64,000 bases of DNA from Alphaproteobacteria bacterium (GCA_016869675.1 VGDP01000007.1:4286-68285); one strand, 5' to 3'; counted from the stretch's first letter, positions 1 through 10,281 are shown. Numbers and translations: made by a program. Notes: generated by a model from the sequence alone, not told the origin.

Positions 1-782
1 TCCTCACCCTTGAACAGCACGACGCTGACGCCCTTCTCCACCAACTCCAGGGTGCCGTGGAAGAAGTCGGCGGCATGGATCGGCCGGGTGCGGATCCACT
101 GCATCTCCTCGAGGATGCACATGCCGTAGTACCAGGCCTGCGGCCAGGTGGCGCCGGCGCCGACCATGATGTGCCAAGGATCGGCGGCGAGCGCGCGGGC
201 GACGGACTCGGCGCGCGGCTCGAACGACCGCTTGGCCTCGACCAGCAGCGCGGGCAGGCGGTTCAGGTCGGCGACGTGGGCGTCGTGGTCGGCTGCTTCG
301 CCACGCGCCCGAAAGACGGCGAGGGCCAGCAGCAGGGATTGCAGGTAGAACGACTCGCAGCTCGTGTCGTCCTCGGCGAAGTTGACGAACGCGTGGTCCG
401 CGCCCTCGGCCAGCGGCGTGCCGCCGTGGCCGACCAGCGCGATGACCGTGGCGCTGCGCGCCTTGCAGAAGGCGAGCGCCTCGACGCTCTCCTTGGTGGT
501 GCCCGAGAGCGAGGGAATCACCACGATCGAGCCCGGCCCCAGCGCCTGATGCCCGCCGACCACAAGTTCGGCGCCGATCTCGGCGAACACGGGAAAACGT
601 GACCGGCGCTGCAACAACTGCGCCGCCGGGTGCATGAGGATCGCGGCACTCCAGGCGCCCGGGAAGAACAGGTTGCGCGCTTCCGCACCGAGGCAGGCCT
701 CGATGGCCCGGCTGAGGCCGGGCCCCTGGGCCAGCGCGCCCGCCTGGATGCGCGCGTAGCGCGCTTCGTCGAAATTCAGCAT
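1..782 (-). CDS. SIS-domain sugar-phosphate isomerase/deglycase (FrlB-like), runs off the window edge
   Basis: Manual translation from ATG 782 (GGAGG RBS upstream): MLNFDEARY...SLSGTTKES...YYGMCILEEMQWIRTRPIHAADFFHGTLE, typical of FrlB-family SIS proteins; not in the ORF track because it is partial. Confidence 0.8.
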   Translation of the reverse strand, partial: MLNFDEARYARIQAGALAQGPGLSRAIEACLGAEARNLFFPGAWSAAILMHPAAQLLQRRSRFPVFAEIGAELVVGGHQALGPGSIVVIPSLSGTTKESVEALAFCKARSATVIALVGHGGTPLAEGADHAFVNFAEDDTSCESFYLQSLLLALAVFRARGEAADHDAHVADLNRLPALLVEAKRSFEPRAESVARALAADPWHIMVGAGATWPQAWYYGMCILEEMQWIRTRPIHAADFFHGTLELVEKGVSVVLFKGE

Positions 783-862
783 GGAGCCTCCCCGCGAGAC
801 GCGATCCATGCCATCGAACGGCGCGGCAGACAACCGGGTCGGAGGACCGGCCGATCGCCGCG

Positions 863-1105
863 TCAGGGGTTGCCGACGATCGACACGCGCGTGCACGCGC
901 GCAGGTCCTGCAAGCGGCGGAGCGCGAAGCGGTGAACCTGGGCGATGGTTCCTATGAACGCGATGCGTTCGATGGCTTGGTCGGCCGCGTCCCAGGCCAC
1001 CAACGAGAAATGGCGGGCGCGACCGAGGCACAGGACCGAACCCGGCGACAGCTTGGACGTTCCGGGGACGATCGCGAGTTCTGTTGGCGGAGGTGTCGTC
1101 GTCAT
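863..1105 (-). CDS. small hypothetical protein
   Basis: ATG 1105 preceded by GGAGG; 80 aa; no recognisable motif. Confidence 0.4.
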   Translation of the reverse strand: MTTTPPPTELAIVPGTSKLSPGSVLCLGRARHFSLVAWDAADQAIERIAFIGTIAQVHRFALRRLQDLRACTRVSIVGNP

Positions 1106-1205
1106 GCTCTCGCCTCCGCCCGCCGACCCGGGCACGGGGAGGAGCGCCCTGGATCCGCGTGAGGCGGCCCCAGGGCGCCCTGGTTTCGGGATCCGAACGC
1201 GTGGC

Positions 1206-1454
1206 CTACATCTTGAGGCTGGAGACCCCATTCTTGCCGTTGACCACCGAGAAGGTCAGGGTCACCGACTCGCCGGCCTTCAGCTTCGAGATATCGACGG
1301 TCTTCGCCGCTTCGTAGCTGTGGCCGTTGTCGAGGATGATCATGCGCGTCGTCTGATCGACCGACTTGATCTTGCCATTGGCCGTGTCGGCGAGGGCGGC
1401 GCCGGCCGAGGCCAGGATCGCGATGGCGGTCATCGCACCGATGAGCTTCTTCAT
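1206..1454 (-). CDS. small secreted OB-fold-like protein (DUF1344-like)
   Basis: Signal peptide MKKLIGAMTAIAILASAGAALA followed by GKIKSVD...IILDNG...LKAGESV. Confidence 0.7.
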   Translation of the reverse strand: MKKLIGAMTAIAILASAGAALADTANGKIKSVDQTTRMIILDNGHSYEAAKTVDISKLKAGESVTLTFSVVNGKNGVSSLKM

Positions 1455-1644
1455 GGGACACTCCCTTGTTTGCAGGTTCGTCACAACGAGGCCCGGATGG
1501 CGCGGCCGGATACCGGCGAAATGTTGAATGGGGCGTCATCCGCCTCGGGTCGCATTGTCGTCCGACGCCTTTTGCGTGACCCTGGCCCAGGCATTAAAGC
1601 TTGGACATCGACGCGCCGGGCTCGGCGCCGGAGGCGGGGTTCGG

Positions 1645-3243
1645 GTGGAGACCTTCGACTACATCATCGTCGGCGCCGGTTCGGCCGGCTGCGTGCTGGC
1701 CAACCGGTTGAGCGCGAGCGGGCGCCACCGCGTGCTGCTGCTGGAGGCCGGGCCCGAGGACCGCAACCTGTGGATCCACGTGCCGCTCGGCTACGGCAAG
1801 CTGTTCAAGGACCCGCGCTTTAACTGGCTGTTCGAGAGCGAGCCCGAACCGGAGCTGGACTGGCGCCGCGTCGTGCAGCCGCGCGGCAAGGTGCTGGGCG
1901 GCTCGTCCTCGATCAACGGCCTGATCTACATGCGCGGCCAGCGCGAGGACTATGACCACTGGCGCCAGCTCGGCAACGTGGGCTGGAGCTACGACGACGT
2001 GCTGCCCTACTTCAAGCGCGCCGAGGACCAGGCGCGCGGCGCCGACGCCTTCCACGGCACGGGCGGGCCGCTCGGCGTCGCCGATCAGTCCGAGCCGCAC
2101 CCGCTGTGCGAGGCGTTCATCGCCGCCGCCGGCCAGGCGGGCATCCCGCGCAACGACGATTTCAACGGCGCGGCACAGGACGGCGCCGGCTATTTCCAGA
2201 CCACGTCGCGCCGGGGCCGGCGCTGTTCGACCGCGGTCGGCTACCTGCGCCCGGCGCGCGGGCGCGCCAACCTGCGCTTGGTCACGCGGGCGCAGGCCGG
2301 TCGCGTGCTGTTCGAGGGCAAGCGGGCGAGCGGAGTCGCGTGGCGCGATCCGGGTGGCGAGCAGCAGGCGCGCGCCGACGCCGAGGTGATCCTGGCGGCG
2401 GGCGCGTTCGGCTCGCCGCAGCTCCTCCAGCTCTCGGGCGTCGGGCCGGGCGACCTGCTGGGCGCGCACGGCATCGCCGTGGTGCACGAGGCACCGGGTG
2501 TCGGCGCCGACCTCAGCGATCACCTGCAGGTGCGCATGATGTTCCGCTGCCGCCAGCGCATTACCTTCAACGACGACATGGCGAGCCTGATGGGACGCCT
2601 GCGCATCGGCCTGCGCTACGCGCTGACGCGCAAGGGGCCGCTGACCGTGAGCGCCGGCTACGCGGGCGCGTTCTTCCGCACCGACCCGCGCCTCCCCACG
2701 CCGGACATCCAGGTGCACTTCCTGCTGTTCTCGACCGACAAGATGGGCGAGAGCCCGCACCGGTTCCCGGGCTTCACCGCCTCGGTCTGCCAGCTGCGCC
2801 CCGAGAGCCGGGGCTGGGTGCGCATCCGCTCGGCCGATCCGGCCGCGCCGCCCGCGATCCAGCCGAACTACCTGTCGGCCGAGGCCGACCGCCGCGCCAA
2901 TGTCGAGGGCCTGAAGATCCTGCGCCGCATCCACCAGCAGCCGGCCATGGCGCCCTTCGTCGAGGCCGAGCTGGACCCCGGCCCCGAGGCCGCCGACGAC
3001 GCGGCGCTGCTGGCCCATTGCCGGCGCCGGGGCGGCACGATCTACCACCCGACGGGCACCTGCCGCATGGGGCTGGACGCCCGTGCCGTGGTGGACGAGC
3101 GTCTGCGGGTCAAGGAACTGGGGGCCTTGCGCGTGGTCGACGGCGCCGTGATGCCGACGCTGGTCTCGGGCAACACCAATGCGCCGATCATCATGATCGC
3201 CGAGAAGGCGTCGGACATGATCCTCGCGGACGCGCGGGCGTAG
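1645..3243 (+). CDS. GMC-family FAD oxidoreductase (choline dehydrogenase-like)
   Basis: FDYIIVGAGSAGCVLANRL, PRGKVLGGSSSING, IYHPTGTCRMG, GNTNAPIIMIAEK. Confidence 0.92.
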   Translation: METFDYIIVGAGSAGCVLANRLSASGRHRVLLLEAGPEDRNLWIHVPLGYGKLFKDPRFNWLFESEPEPELDWRRVVQPRGKVLGGSSSINGLIYMRGQREDYDHWRQLGNVGWSYDDVLPYFKRAEDQARGADAFHGTGGPLGVADQSEPHPLCEAFIAAAGQAGIPRNDDFNGAAQDGAGYFQTTSRRGRRCSTAVGYLRPARGRANLRLVTRAQAGRVLFEGKRASGVAWRDPGGEQQARADAEVILAAGAFGSPQLLQLSGVGPGDLLGAHGIAVVHEAPGVGADLSDHLQVRMMFRCRQRITFNDDMASLMGRLRIGLRYALTRKGPLTVSAGYAGAFFRTDPRLPTPDIQVHFLLFSTDKMGESPHRFPGFTASVCQLRPESRGWVRIRSADPAAPPAIQPNYLSAEADRRANVEGLKILRRIHQQPAMAPFVEAELDPGPEAADDAALLAHCRRRGGTIYHPTGTCRMGLDARAVVDERLRVKELGALRVVDGAVMPTLVSGNTNAPIIMIAEKASDMILADARA

Positions 3244-3245
3244 CC

Positions 3246-3692
3246 TTACTGCTTCGCCCAGGCACCCTTGTCGTCCTGCTGCCAGTAGGTCAGGGCGTGG
3301 CCCTGGGCCTTGCGCCGGCGCCAGCGTTCGCGCGCCGCCGCCACGGCCGCGTCGTCGTTGCCGTCGAACAGGTCGAGGCAGCGGGCGAAGCCGCCCGCCT
3401 CGGGTACGTCCATGCCGTCCACCAGCACAAGCACGTCGGCGCGGTTGCGGTCGTCCGGCTCGGTCGCGATCAGAATCGGCTGTTGCGCCGCGTGGCCCTG
3501 GGACGCGAGACCGTGCGGCAGGAACGAGGCTGGGTCGTAGGTCCACAGCACGGCATCCAGCGCCGCGGCGCGCTCGGCTGATTCGGCCAGCAGCAGCACG
3601 CGGTGGCCGCGCTCGACCACCTTCTCGAGCAGGCGCGGCAGGGCACGTTCGAGCGGCTGGGTGCGCAGGTGGTAGAAGCCGAACTCAGTCAC
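3246..3692 (-). CDS. holC: DNA polymerase III chi subunit
   Basis: FYHL...LPRLLEK...LWTYDPASFLPHG...ARERWR...YWQQ. Confidence 0.92.
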   Translation of the reverse strand: MTEFGFYHLRTQPLERALPRLLEKVVERGHRVLLLAESAERAAALDAVLWTYDPASFLPHGLASQGHAAQQPILIATEPDDRNRADVLVLVDGMDVPEAGGFARCLDLFDGNDDAAVAAARERWRRRKAQGHALTYWQQDDKGAWAKQ

Positions 3693-3695
3693 GGC

Positions 3696-5465
3696 CTAGC
3701 CCTCGGGCAGGCCCGCCGCGCGCAGCGCCGCGCGATGGTGGTCGGCGTCCTCGGCGCGGCCATAGTGGGTCTTGGGCATGAAGCCGGCGATGGTGAAGTC
3801 CGGCGCGCGCCGCAACACCTCGGCCGCTTCCTCGCGCGCCGCCGCGGCCTCGCCCGCCATGGCGAGTGCGCCGGCCAGCGTCGCGCGCACCGCCGGATCG
3901 GGCGCGCGGATGCGCCGGTAGGCCTGGACCGCTTCGCCGTAGCGCCGCGCCACGAAGCAGGCGCGGCCGAGGTGGCTCCAATAGCGTTCCGCGTGGAACG
4001 GGTTGGGTCGCATCGCCTGCCGGACCCAGGTGATGCCCTCTTCGGCGCGTCCCTGCCGGGTAAGCAGCTCGCCCTGCTGGACGACGATGAGATCGTCGTT
4101 GGGGTTGAGCGCGAGCGCGCGTTCCTGGTGGTAAGCGGCCTTTTCGAGGTCGTCGCGCACGGTCGAGACCGCCGCCAAGATGCGGTGCACGTCGCTGTCG
4201 TTGTCGTCGATTCGCAGCGCGATCTCGAGCTCGGCGACGAGCTCATTCCACGCGGTGCCCGGATCGGGCGTGAAGCCGTTGCTCCAGGCCCGGCCCAGAA
4301 CGCACGCTTTCCACGCGTGGGCATGGGCGAAATTCGGGTTGAGCGCGATGGCGCGCTCCAGCAAGCGGAGCGCCTCGGCGTTGTCGGACTCGTTCGAGCG
4401 GTGGTGAAGGGTCTTGCATGCCAGCACCAGCTCGTAGGCGGTCATGTTCGTGGTCGGCTTCTTGGTCGCCCGTTCGCGATGGGCTGCCTGCACGCGCCCC
4501 GGCAGCACGCCGACGATCGACCGGGTCACGTCGTCCTGGATCGCGAACAGATCCTCGAGGTCACGGTCGTAGCGTTCGGCCCACACGTGGCGATCGGCCT
4601 CGGCGTCGATCAGCTGCACCGTGACGCGCACGCGGTTGCCCGCCCGGCGCACGCTGCCCTTGACCACGTACTGCACGCCGAGTTCGCGCGCCACGTCCTT
4701 GACCTTCGTCGCGCGCCCCTTGAACGCGAAGCTGGTGTTGCACGAGATCACCAAGAGGTCGCGGAAGCGGCTGATCTCGGTGATCAGGTCCTCGGTCATG
4801 CCGTCGGCGAACAGATCGCCGTCCGCATCGCCGCCCATGGCCAGGAGCGGCAGGACGACGGCGCTGGGCCGCGCATCGACCGGGCCGTTCGGCTTGGGAT
4901 CAGACGCCACGGCGGCGGCCCTCGTCGGCTCGGCACCGAACCCGGCGATGCGAAAGGCCCGGATGGGCCGCGCGATGTTTCTGACCGCCTGTTCGCCGAG
5001 ATCGTCGAACGTCACGTCGACGCGATGCCCGACATGGTCAATCACCGCCGCCGCGACGGAGATGCCGCCGGGCTCAGCCAGGGCCTGAAGGCGCGCCGCG
5101 ATGTTGACGCCGTCGCCGAACAGGTCGTCGCCCTTGACGATCACGTCGCCGAGGTTGATGCCGATGCGAAAGGCGATGCGTGGGCCGGGATCGATGGCGG
5201 CTTCGGCCGCGTCGACGCCACGCTGGATCTCGGTCGCCGTGCGCACCGCGTCGACGATGCTGCGAAACTCGAACAGCACGCCGTCGCCGGTGGTCTTGAC
5301 GATGCGCCCGTGGGCGCGGCCGATCGCGGGGTCGAGCACGGCCGCGCGGATCGCGTTGAGACGCGCGAGCGTGCCGGCCTCGTCGGCTTCCATGAGCCGC
5401 GAGTAGCCCACCATGTCGGCCGCCAGGATCGCGGCCAACCGGCATTCGGACGAAGACTCGTTCAC
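3696..5465 (-). CDS. class III adenylate/guanylate cyclase with TolB-like and TPR domains (several degenerate motif residues)
   Basis: RLAAILAADMVGYSRLM, VKTTGDG, FRIGINLGDV, GDGVNIAARLQ, FADGMTEDLITE, C-terminal TPR-like helices. Confidence 0.88.
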   Translation of the reverse strand: MNESSSECRLAAILAADMVGYSRLMEADEAGTLARLNAIRAAVLDPAIGRAHGRIVKTTGDGVLFEFRSIVDAVRTATEIQRGVDAAEAAIDPGPRIAFRIGINLGDVIVKGDDLFGDGVNIAARLQALAEPGGISVAAAVIDHVGHRVDVTFDDLGEQAVRNIARPIRAFRIAGFGAEPTRAAAVASDPKPNGPVDARPSAVVLPLLAMGGDADGDLFADGMTEDLITEISRFRDLLVISCNTSFAFKGRATKVKDVARELGVQYVVKGSVRRAGNRVRVTVQLIDAEADRHVWAERYDRDLEDLFAIQDDVTRSIVGVLPGRVQAAHRERATKKPTTNMTAYELVLACKTLHHRSNESDNAEALRLLERAIALNPNFAHAHAWKACVLGRAWSNGFTPDPGTAWNELVAELEIALRIDDNDSDVHRILAAVSTVRDDLEKAAYHQERALALNPNDDLIVVQQGELLTRQGRAEEGITWVRQAMRPNPFHAERYWSHLGRACFVARRYGEAVQAYRRIRAPDPAVRATLAGALAMAGEAAAAREEAAEVLRRAPDFTIAGFMPKTHYGRAEDADHHRAALRAAGLPEG

Positions 5466-5565
5466 GGGCGATGGTTCCCGGCCGGGGCGGCGATCGGGCC
5501 ACTCTATCGCCTAACGCACCCCCGCGACAGGGCGCGCGCCCGAAGCTCCGTCGAGGGCCGGCGGG

Positions 5566-6199
5566 TCAGAACCTGCGCCCGATGCCGATGCCGACGATCC
5601 AGGGGTCGAGGTCGAGGGCGGCGGTGGTGACGCCGGCCAGCGGCTGCACCCGGACATCGGTCGAGAGCCACAGCTTCTTGACGTCGATGTTCAGCATGTA
5701 GGGGCCGCCGTCGATCGGGATGTCGACGCCGGCCTGCAGCGCGAACCCGAAGCCGTCGTCTCAGGAAAAGGAGAGCCCGGCGGGCGCGTCGGCGCCGAAG
5801 CAGTATCGTGTAGTTGATGCCGGCCCCGACATAGGGCCGGAACAGCGGATCGCGCGGCATGAAGTGGTAATGCGCCGTTAGGGTCGGCGGCAGCACCCAG
5901 ACGTCGCCGAGGTCGAGCCCGGTGGGATCGTGGCGCGCCTCGTGGTTGGTGGTCGCCAGGATCAGTTCGAGCGCCACGTTCTCGGTCAGGAAGTAGCTGA
6001 TGTCGAGCTCGGGCACCACCGAGTCGTCCACATCGACCGAGCCCAGCACCGGCGCCGAAACCGACGCGTCCTCGTCGGGCAGCACGCCGATGGCGCGCAG
6101 ATGCACCAGCCACGGATCGCCCATATCCTGGGCCAGCGCCGGCGCCGCCAACGCCACCATGCCCAGGCACAAGGCCAGGGCGATCGGACGCACCATCAT
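5566..6199 (-). pseudogene. ompW: OmpW family outer-membrane protein, frameshifted near 5770-5810
   Basis: Signal peptide, VVPELDISYF, VWVLPPTLTAHYHF, PYVGAGINYT; the C-terminus LDPWIVGIGIGRRF* (TGA 5566) is in another frame. Confidence 0.85.
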
Positions 6200-6285
6200 G
6201 ACAACCCCCGCGTTCCCGTTGATCCCGGTGCGCCGGGCCACGCCCGACGCGCTGAAACTAATACGGAAACTAGGGATATTGCGGC

Positions 6286-6299
6286 TTGACCTGGATCAA
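6286..6299. promoter_or_regulatory. FNR/FixK/FnrL-type box upstream of ompW
   Basis: TTGAC-CTGG-ATCAA, one mismatch to TTGAT-N4-ATCAA; candidate minus-strand -10 (TATTAG, 6258-6263) at class II spacing. Confidence 0.7.
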
Positions 6300-6330
6300 T
6301 CGTCGGCGCGATCGCCCCCAGGCGGTTGGA

Positions 6331-7824
6331 TCAGGCCTCGAAGTTGTCGCGCACCAGGCGGTCGAGCAGGCGCACGCCGTAGCCCGAGGCGCCCTTGGGC
6401 ACGGTGGGCATGTCCTTCTTCGCCCAGGCCATGCCCGCGATATCCAGGTGCGCCCACTTGGTATCGCCGACGAAGCGCTGTAGGAACACGGCGCCCGCGG
6501 TCGAACCCGCCTCGCGCGTCTTGCCGACGTTCTTCATGTCGGCGATCTCGGAGTTGATGTCCTTGTCGTACTCGGTGCCAAGCGGCATGCGCCACAGCGG
6601 CTCGCCCACCGACTCGCCCGCCGCCGCCAGCTTGGCCGCCAGTTCGTCGTCGTTGGCGAACATGCCGGCCTTATAGGTGCCCAGCGCGATGACGATGGCG
6701 CCAGTCAGCGTCGCCAGGTCCACCATGAAGCGCGGCTTGAACTGGGTGTGGCAGTACCACAGGGCGTCCGACAGGATCAGCCGGCCCTCGGCGTCGGTGT
6801 TGATGACCTCGATGGTCTGGCCCGACATGGATGTCACCACGTCGCCCGGCCGCTGGGCCTTGCCCGACGGCATGTTCTCGACGCACGCGATGATGCCGAC
6901 GGCGTTGACCTTGGCCTTGCGCCCGGCCAACGCGCGCATCACGCCGACCACCGCGCCGGCACCGGCCATGTCGTACTTCATCTCCTCCATGCCGGCCGCC
7001 GGCTTGATCGAGATGCCACCGGTGTCGAAACAGACGCCCTTGCCAACAAAGGCCACGGGCGAATCGCCGTTGCCGCCGCCGTTCCAGCGCATGACCACAA
7101 GCTGGGATTCGTGATCGCTGCCCTGGCCGACACCCAGGAGCGCGCCCATGCCGAGGGTGTGCATGCGGTCCTCGCCGATGACCTCGACATCGACGCCGAG
7201 CGCCGACAGGGACTTGGCGCGCGCGGCCAACTCGGCCGGGTAGAGCACGTTGGCCGGCTCGCTGACCAGGTCGCGGGTCATGGCGACCCCTTCGGCCAGG
7301 CGAGCGCACGCCACGTGCGCCTGCTCCGCCAGGGCCCGCGCCGCCGTGACGACGACGACGCGCTCGAGCGTCGGCTTGTCCTCGGCCTTCTGCTTGGTGC
7401 GGTACTTGTCGAAACGGTAGGCGCGCAATTCGGCGCCCATCGCCACATTCGCGGCATGATCGGCCGGGCGGCCCACGGCCTCGGCGACGGCATCGACATG
7501 GATCGCCGCGACCTTGGCGCCCGAGCCGTTGAGCCGAGCCGCGATGGCGCCGCCCCAGTTGGCCATGGCCAGGTCGTTGAGCGCCGCGGCCTTGCCCAGG
7601 CCGGCCAGCACGATGCGCGATGCCTTGACGCCCGCGGGCGCGGCGATCTCGAGCATATGATCCTTGGCGCCGGTGAAGCGGCCCCCCGCCATGGCGCGGG
7701 TCAGCGCACCGCCGGTCGCCCTGTCGAGCGCGGCGGCGGACGGTGTCAGGGCCTTGTCGTCGAGCACGCCGACCACGATTGAATCGACGCCATCGGGCAC
7801 GGTCTCGGCAAACGCGAAGTTCAT
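6331..7824 (-). CDS. pepA: leucyl aminopeptidase (M17)
   Basis: VGKGVCFDTGGISIK, MKYDMAGA, NTDAEGRLIL, WAHLDIAG. Confidence 0.96.
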   Translation of the reverse strand: MNFAFAETVPDGVDSIVVGVLDDKALTPSAAALDRATGGALTRAMAGGRFTGAKDHMLEIAAPAGVKASRIVLAGLGKAAALNDLAMANWGGAIAARLNGSGAKVAAIHVDAVAEAVGRPADHAANVAMGAELRAYRFDKYRTKQKAEDKPTLERVVVVTAARALAEQAHVACARLAEGVAMTRDLVSEPANVLYPAELAARAKSLSALGVDVEVIGEDRMHTLGMGALLGVGQGSDHESQLVVMRWNGGGNGDSPVAFVGKGVCFDTGGISIKPAAGMEEMKYDMAGAGAVVGVMRALAGRKAKVNAVGIIACVENMPSGKAQRPGDVVTSMSGQTIEVINTDAEGRLILSDALWYCHTQFKPRFMVDLATLTGAIVIALGTYKAGMFANDDELAAKLAAAGESVGEPLWRMPLGTEYDKDINSEIADMKNVGKTREAGSTAGAVFLQRFVGDTKWAHLDIAGMAWAKKDMPTVPKGASGYGVRLLDRLVRDNFEA

Positions 7825-8022
7825 GGTTCCCTCTCGTGGGGCGCGGAAGGCGCGATCCTACTCCAGGGCGCGCGCAAGGGAAGCCCCTTGCCGTGGCGCG
7901 GGACGTCGACAAGCTCCTTGTTCCCGTCAAGGGGGCTGCGTAAACTCGCGTCCGAGTCGGGGTGCGTTCGCGCGACCGGCGCGACGCCAAAGAGACTAAC
8001 GAATGTCTGGGGGGTCGAGGGA

Positions 8023-9159
8023 ATGGGAAGCGGACGAGTGACCCGCGCGGCGGTGATCGCCGCCCTCGCCTTGGGTGCTTGCTCCTACGCCGAGGAATTG
8101 CTGTGGCCGTCGTTGAGCGGCGAGGACCCGTCCGGCGCCCAATCCGTGGCGATCGAGCCGTCCCAGGGTGAACTGCAAGGTTCGCCGACCATCGGCGGCG
8201 CGTCGGCGATCAACTCCTCGACCATCACGCCATTCACGGCGCCGGTCGGCAGCACGGGCACGGCCGTGGGCTCCAAGATCGCCGGCATGACGTTGGAGTT
8301 GCAGGCGCTGAAGCAGGCGATCGAACGCAACGCCACCGATGTCCGCACCATCCGCGCCGACTCGGAAGCGAAGGCGCAGCGCTACTACGCGACGTTCGCG
8401 GCGATCACGGCGCGGCTTCAGGTCGGCACCACGCCCGGCAACCCTGTCCTGGTCAGCCAGTGGAACACGGCGCAGAGCGAGCTTGACGGCATCGCCGTGG
8501 ACATCGGCCGCATGAACAGCGTCGCCAATGCCATCGCGGCCGACGCGGGCGTGACCACGTACCTGCAGGATTCGATCCGCGCGACCTACCGGCTGTCGGG
8601 CGCCATCGACGAGGATCACCGCCAGCTGCGCGCACTGGAGGACGAGGTCGACCGCACGATCGTGGCGATCGATCGGCTGCTGGGCGACGCCAACGCGGCA
8701 ATCGACCGGCAGACCGCCTACGTCAACACCGAGCGGCGCAACCTGTCGCAGCTCGCGCTGGCGGTGTCCTCGGGCCAGGTGTACGGCCCGGCGCTGTCGT
8801 CGGGCACGGGCGCGATCGGCACCTCGGGCCTGGCGGCGGCGGCCGGCGCGGCACCCACTGGCTCGCCCCTGGTGGTGATCCGCTTCGACCGGCCGGACGT
8901 GCTCTACCGCCAGGCGCTCTACACGGCGGTCAGCCAGGCGCTGGACCGGCGCCCGAGCGCCATGTTCGACTTGGTCGCCGTGGCGCCCAACCGGGGTACG
9001 CCCAGCGACGTGGCTCTGGCCGCCGACACCTCGCGCAAGTACGCCGAGGACGTCCTGCGTTCGCTGAACGAAATGGGCCTGCCGTCGGATCGCATAACGC
9101 TGTCGTCCCTGACCAGCCCGGACATCGCCGCCAACGAAGTGCGCGTGTTCGTGCGCTGA
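8023..9159 (+). CDS. hypothetical lipoprotein with coiled-coil region and C-terminal alpha/beta domain
   Basis: Lipobox ALGA-C; long heptad-rich helical region; good codon usage. Confidence 0.7.
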   Translation: MGSGRVTRAAVIAALALGACSYAEELLWPSLSGEDPSGAQSVAIEPSQGELQGSPTIGGASAINSSTITPFTAPVGSTGTAVGSKIAGMTLELQALKQAIERNATDVRTIRADSEAKAQRYYATFAAITARLQVGTTPGNPVLVSQWNTAQSELDGIAVDIGRMNSVANAIAADAGVTTYLQDSIRATYRLSGAIDEDHRQLRALEDEVDRTIVAIDRLLGDANAAIDRQTAYVNTERRNLSQLALAVSSGQVYGPALSSGTGAIGTSGLAAAAGAAPTGSPLVVIRFDRPDVLYRQALYTAVSQALDRRPSAMFDLVAVAPNRGTPSDVALAADTSRKYAEDVLRSLNEMGLPSDRITLSSLTSPDIAANEVRVFVR

Positions 9160-9223
9160 GCCTGATCCGGCGACGGCGCCACTGCGTATGACGGGGTATC
9201 CGTTCCCGTCGCCGGAGGCCGCC

Positions 9224-9655
9224 ATGGTTCGTCTCGTCGCCCTGCTCGTCACCCTGGTTCTGGCCGGCGCGGCGCCGGCCCACGCCCAGGCGGGGCTGTC
9301 CGAAGCCGACCAGACGGCGATCCGCGGTGTCATCGCGGGACAGCTCCAGGCCTTCCGCGAGGACGACGGACCGCGCGCCTATGGCTTCGCGGCGCCAGGT
9401 ATCCAGCTCCTGTTCCCGACGCACCAGATCTTCATGAAGATGGTGCGCGAGGGCTACCCCCCGGTCTATCGCGCGGCCGAGTCCGAGTTTCGCGACATCG
9501 AGGCCCTGCCCGAGGGACGCTGGCTGCAGCATGTCCTGATCGTCGGCGCCGACGGCGCGGTGGTCATGGCGCTCTACACCATGGAGTTGCAGCCCGACGG
9601 TACGTGGAAGATCGCTGGCTGCATCCTGGCGCCGAGCAACGAAGCGACAACGTGA
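9224..9655 (+). CDS. DUF4864-like secreted protein
   Basis: Signal peptide; IRGVIAGQLQAF...AYGFAAPGIQ..F...FMKMVREGYPPVYR...WKIAGC. Confidence 0.78.
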   Translation: MVRLVALLVTLVLAGAAPAHAQAGLSEADQTAIRGVIAGQLQAFREDDGPRAYGFAAPGIQLLFPTHQIFMKMVREGYPPVYRAAESEFRDIEALPEGRWLQHVLIVGADGAVVMALYTMELQPDGTWKIAGCILAPSNEATT

Positions 9656-10281
9656 GCGCGCCTGAGGTTGACTTCTACTACGGCATCGACAGCCGGTACT
9701 CGTACCTGGCGGCGACTCGGATCGACAAACTCGCCGCCGAGACGGGCGCCCGCGTCAACTGGTTTCCGCTGTCTAGCTCGACGCTGATGGAGCGGCGCGG
9801 CCAGAACCCGTTCGCCGGACCGCCGCCCTCAGGCCAGTACGACTGGGGCTTCCGCCGGCGCGACGCCGAGGCGTGGGCCGACTATTACGGCGTGCCGTTC
9901 CGCGATCCCGTCGGGCGAATCGAGCTGGACGGCCCGCTCTACGCCCGCGCCTGCGTCGCCGCCGGGCGCATGGGCGCGCTGGAGGCCTATTCCATGGCGT
10001 TGTTCGGTGCCGTGTTCGTCGACGACCCCGAGCGGGTGGACCGCGAGCCATGCATCGCGCGCGCCGCCACCGTCGGGCTGGAGCGCGGGGCGTTCGCGCG
10101 CTGCCTGGACGACGACGCCACGACGGCGCTGGTCGAATCCATCCTCCGGCGCGCGCTGGACGCTGGCGTGTTCGGCATGCCGACGTTCATCGTGAACGGG
10201 GCCTTGTTCTGGGGCAACGACCGGCTGGCGTTGGTGCGCCACGCCTTGCGCCGCTACCAGGGGATGGTGGCCGCGTTGTAG
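9652..10281 (+). CDS. 2-hydroxychromene-2-carboxylate isomerase / DsbA-like (kappa GST) protein
   Basis: VDFYYGIDSRYSYLA, GVFGMPTF, LFWGNDRL; GTGA overlap with the upstream gene. Confidence 0.8.
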   Translation: MSAPEVDFYYGIDSRYSYLAATRIDKLAAETGARVNWFPLSSSTLMERRGQNPFAGPPPSGQYDWGFRRRDAEAWADYYGVPFRDPVGRIELDGPLYARACVAAGRMGALEAYSMALFGAVFVDDPERVDREPCIARAATVGLERGAFARCLDDDATTALVESILRRALDAGVFGMPTFIVNGALFWGNDRLALVRHALRRYQGMVAAL

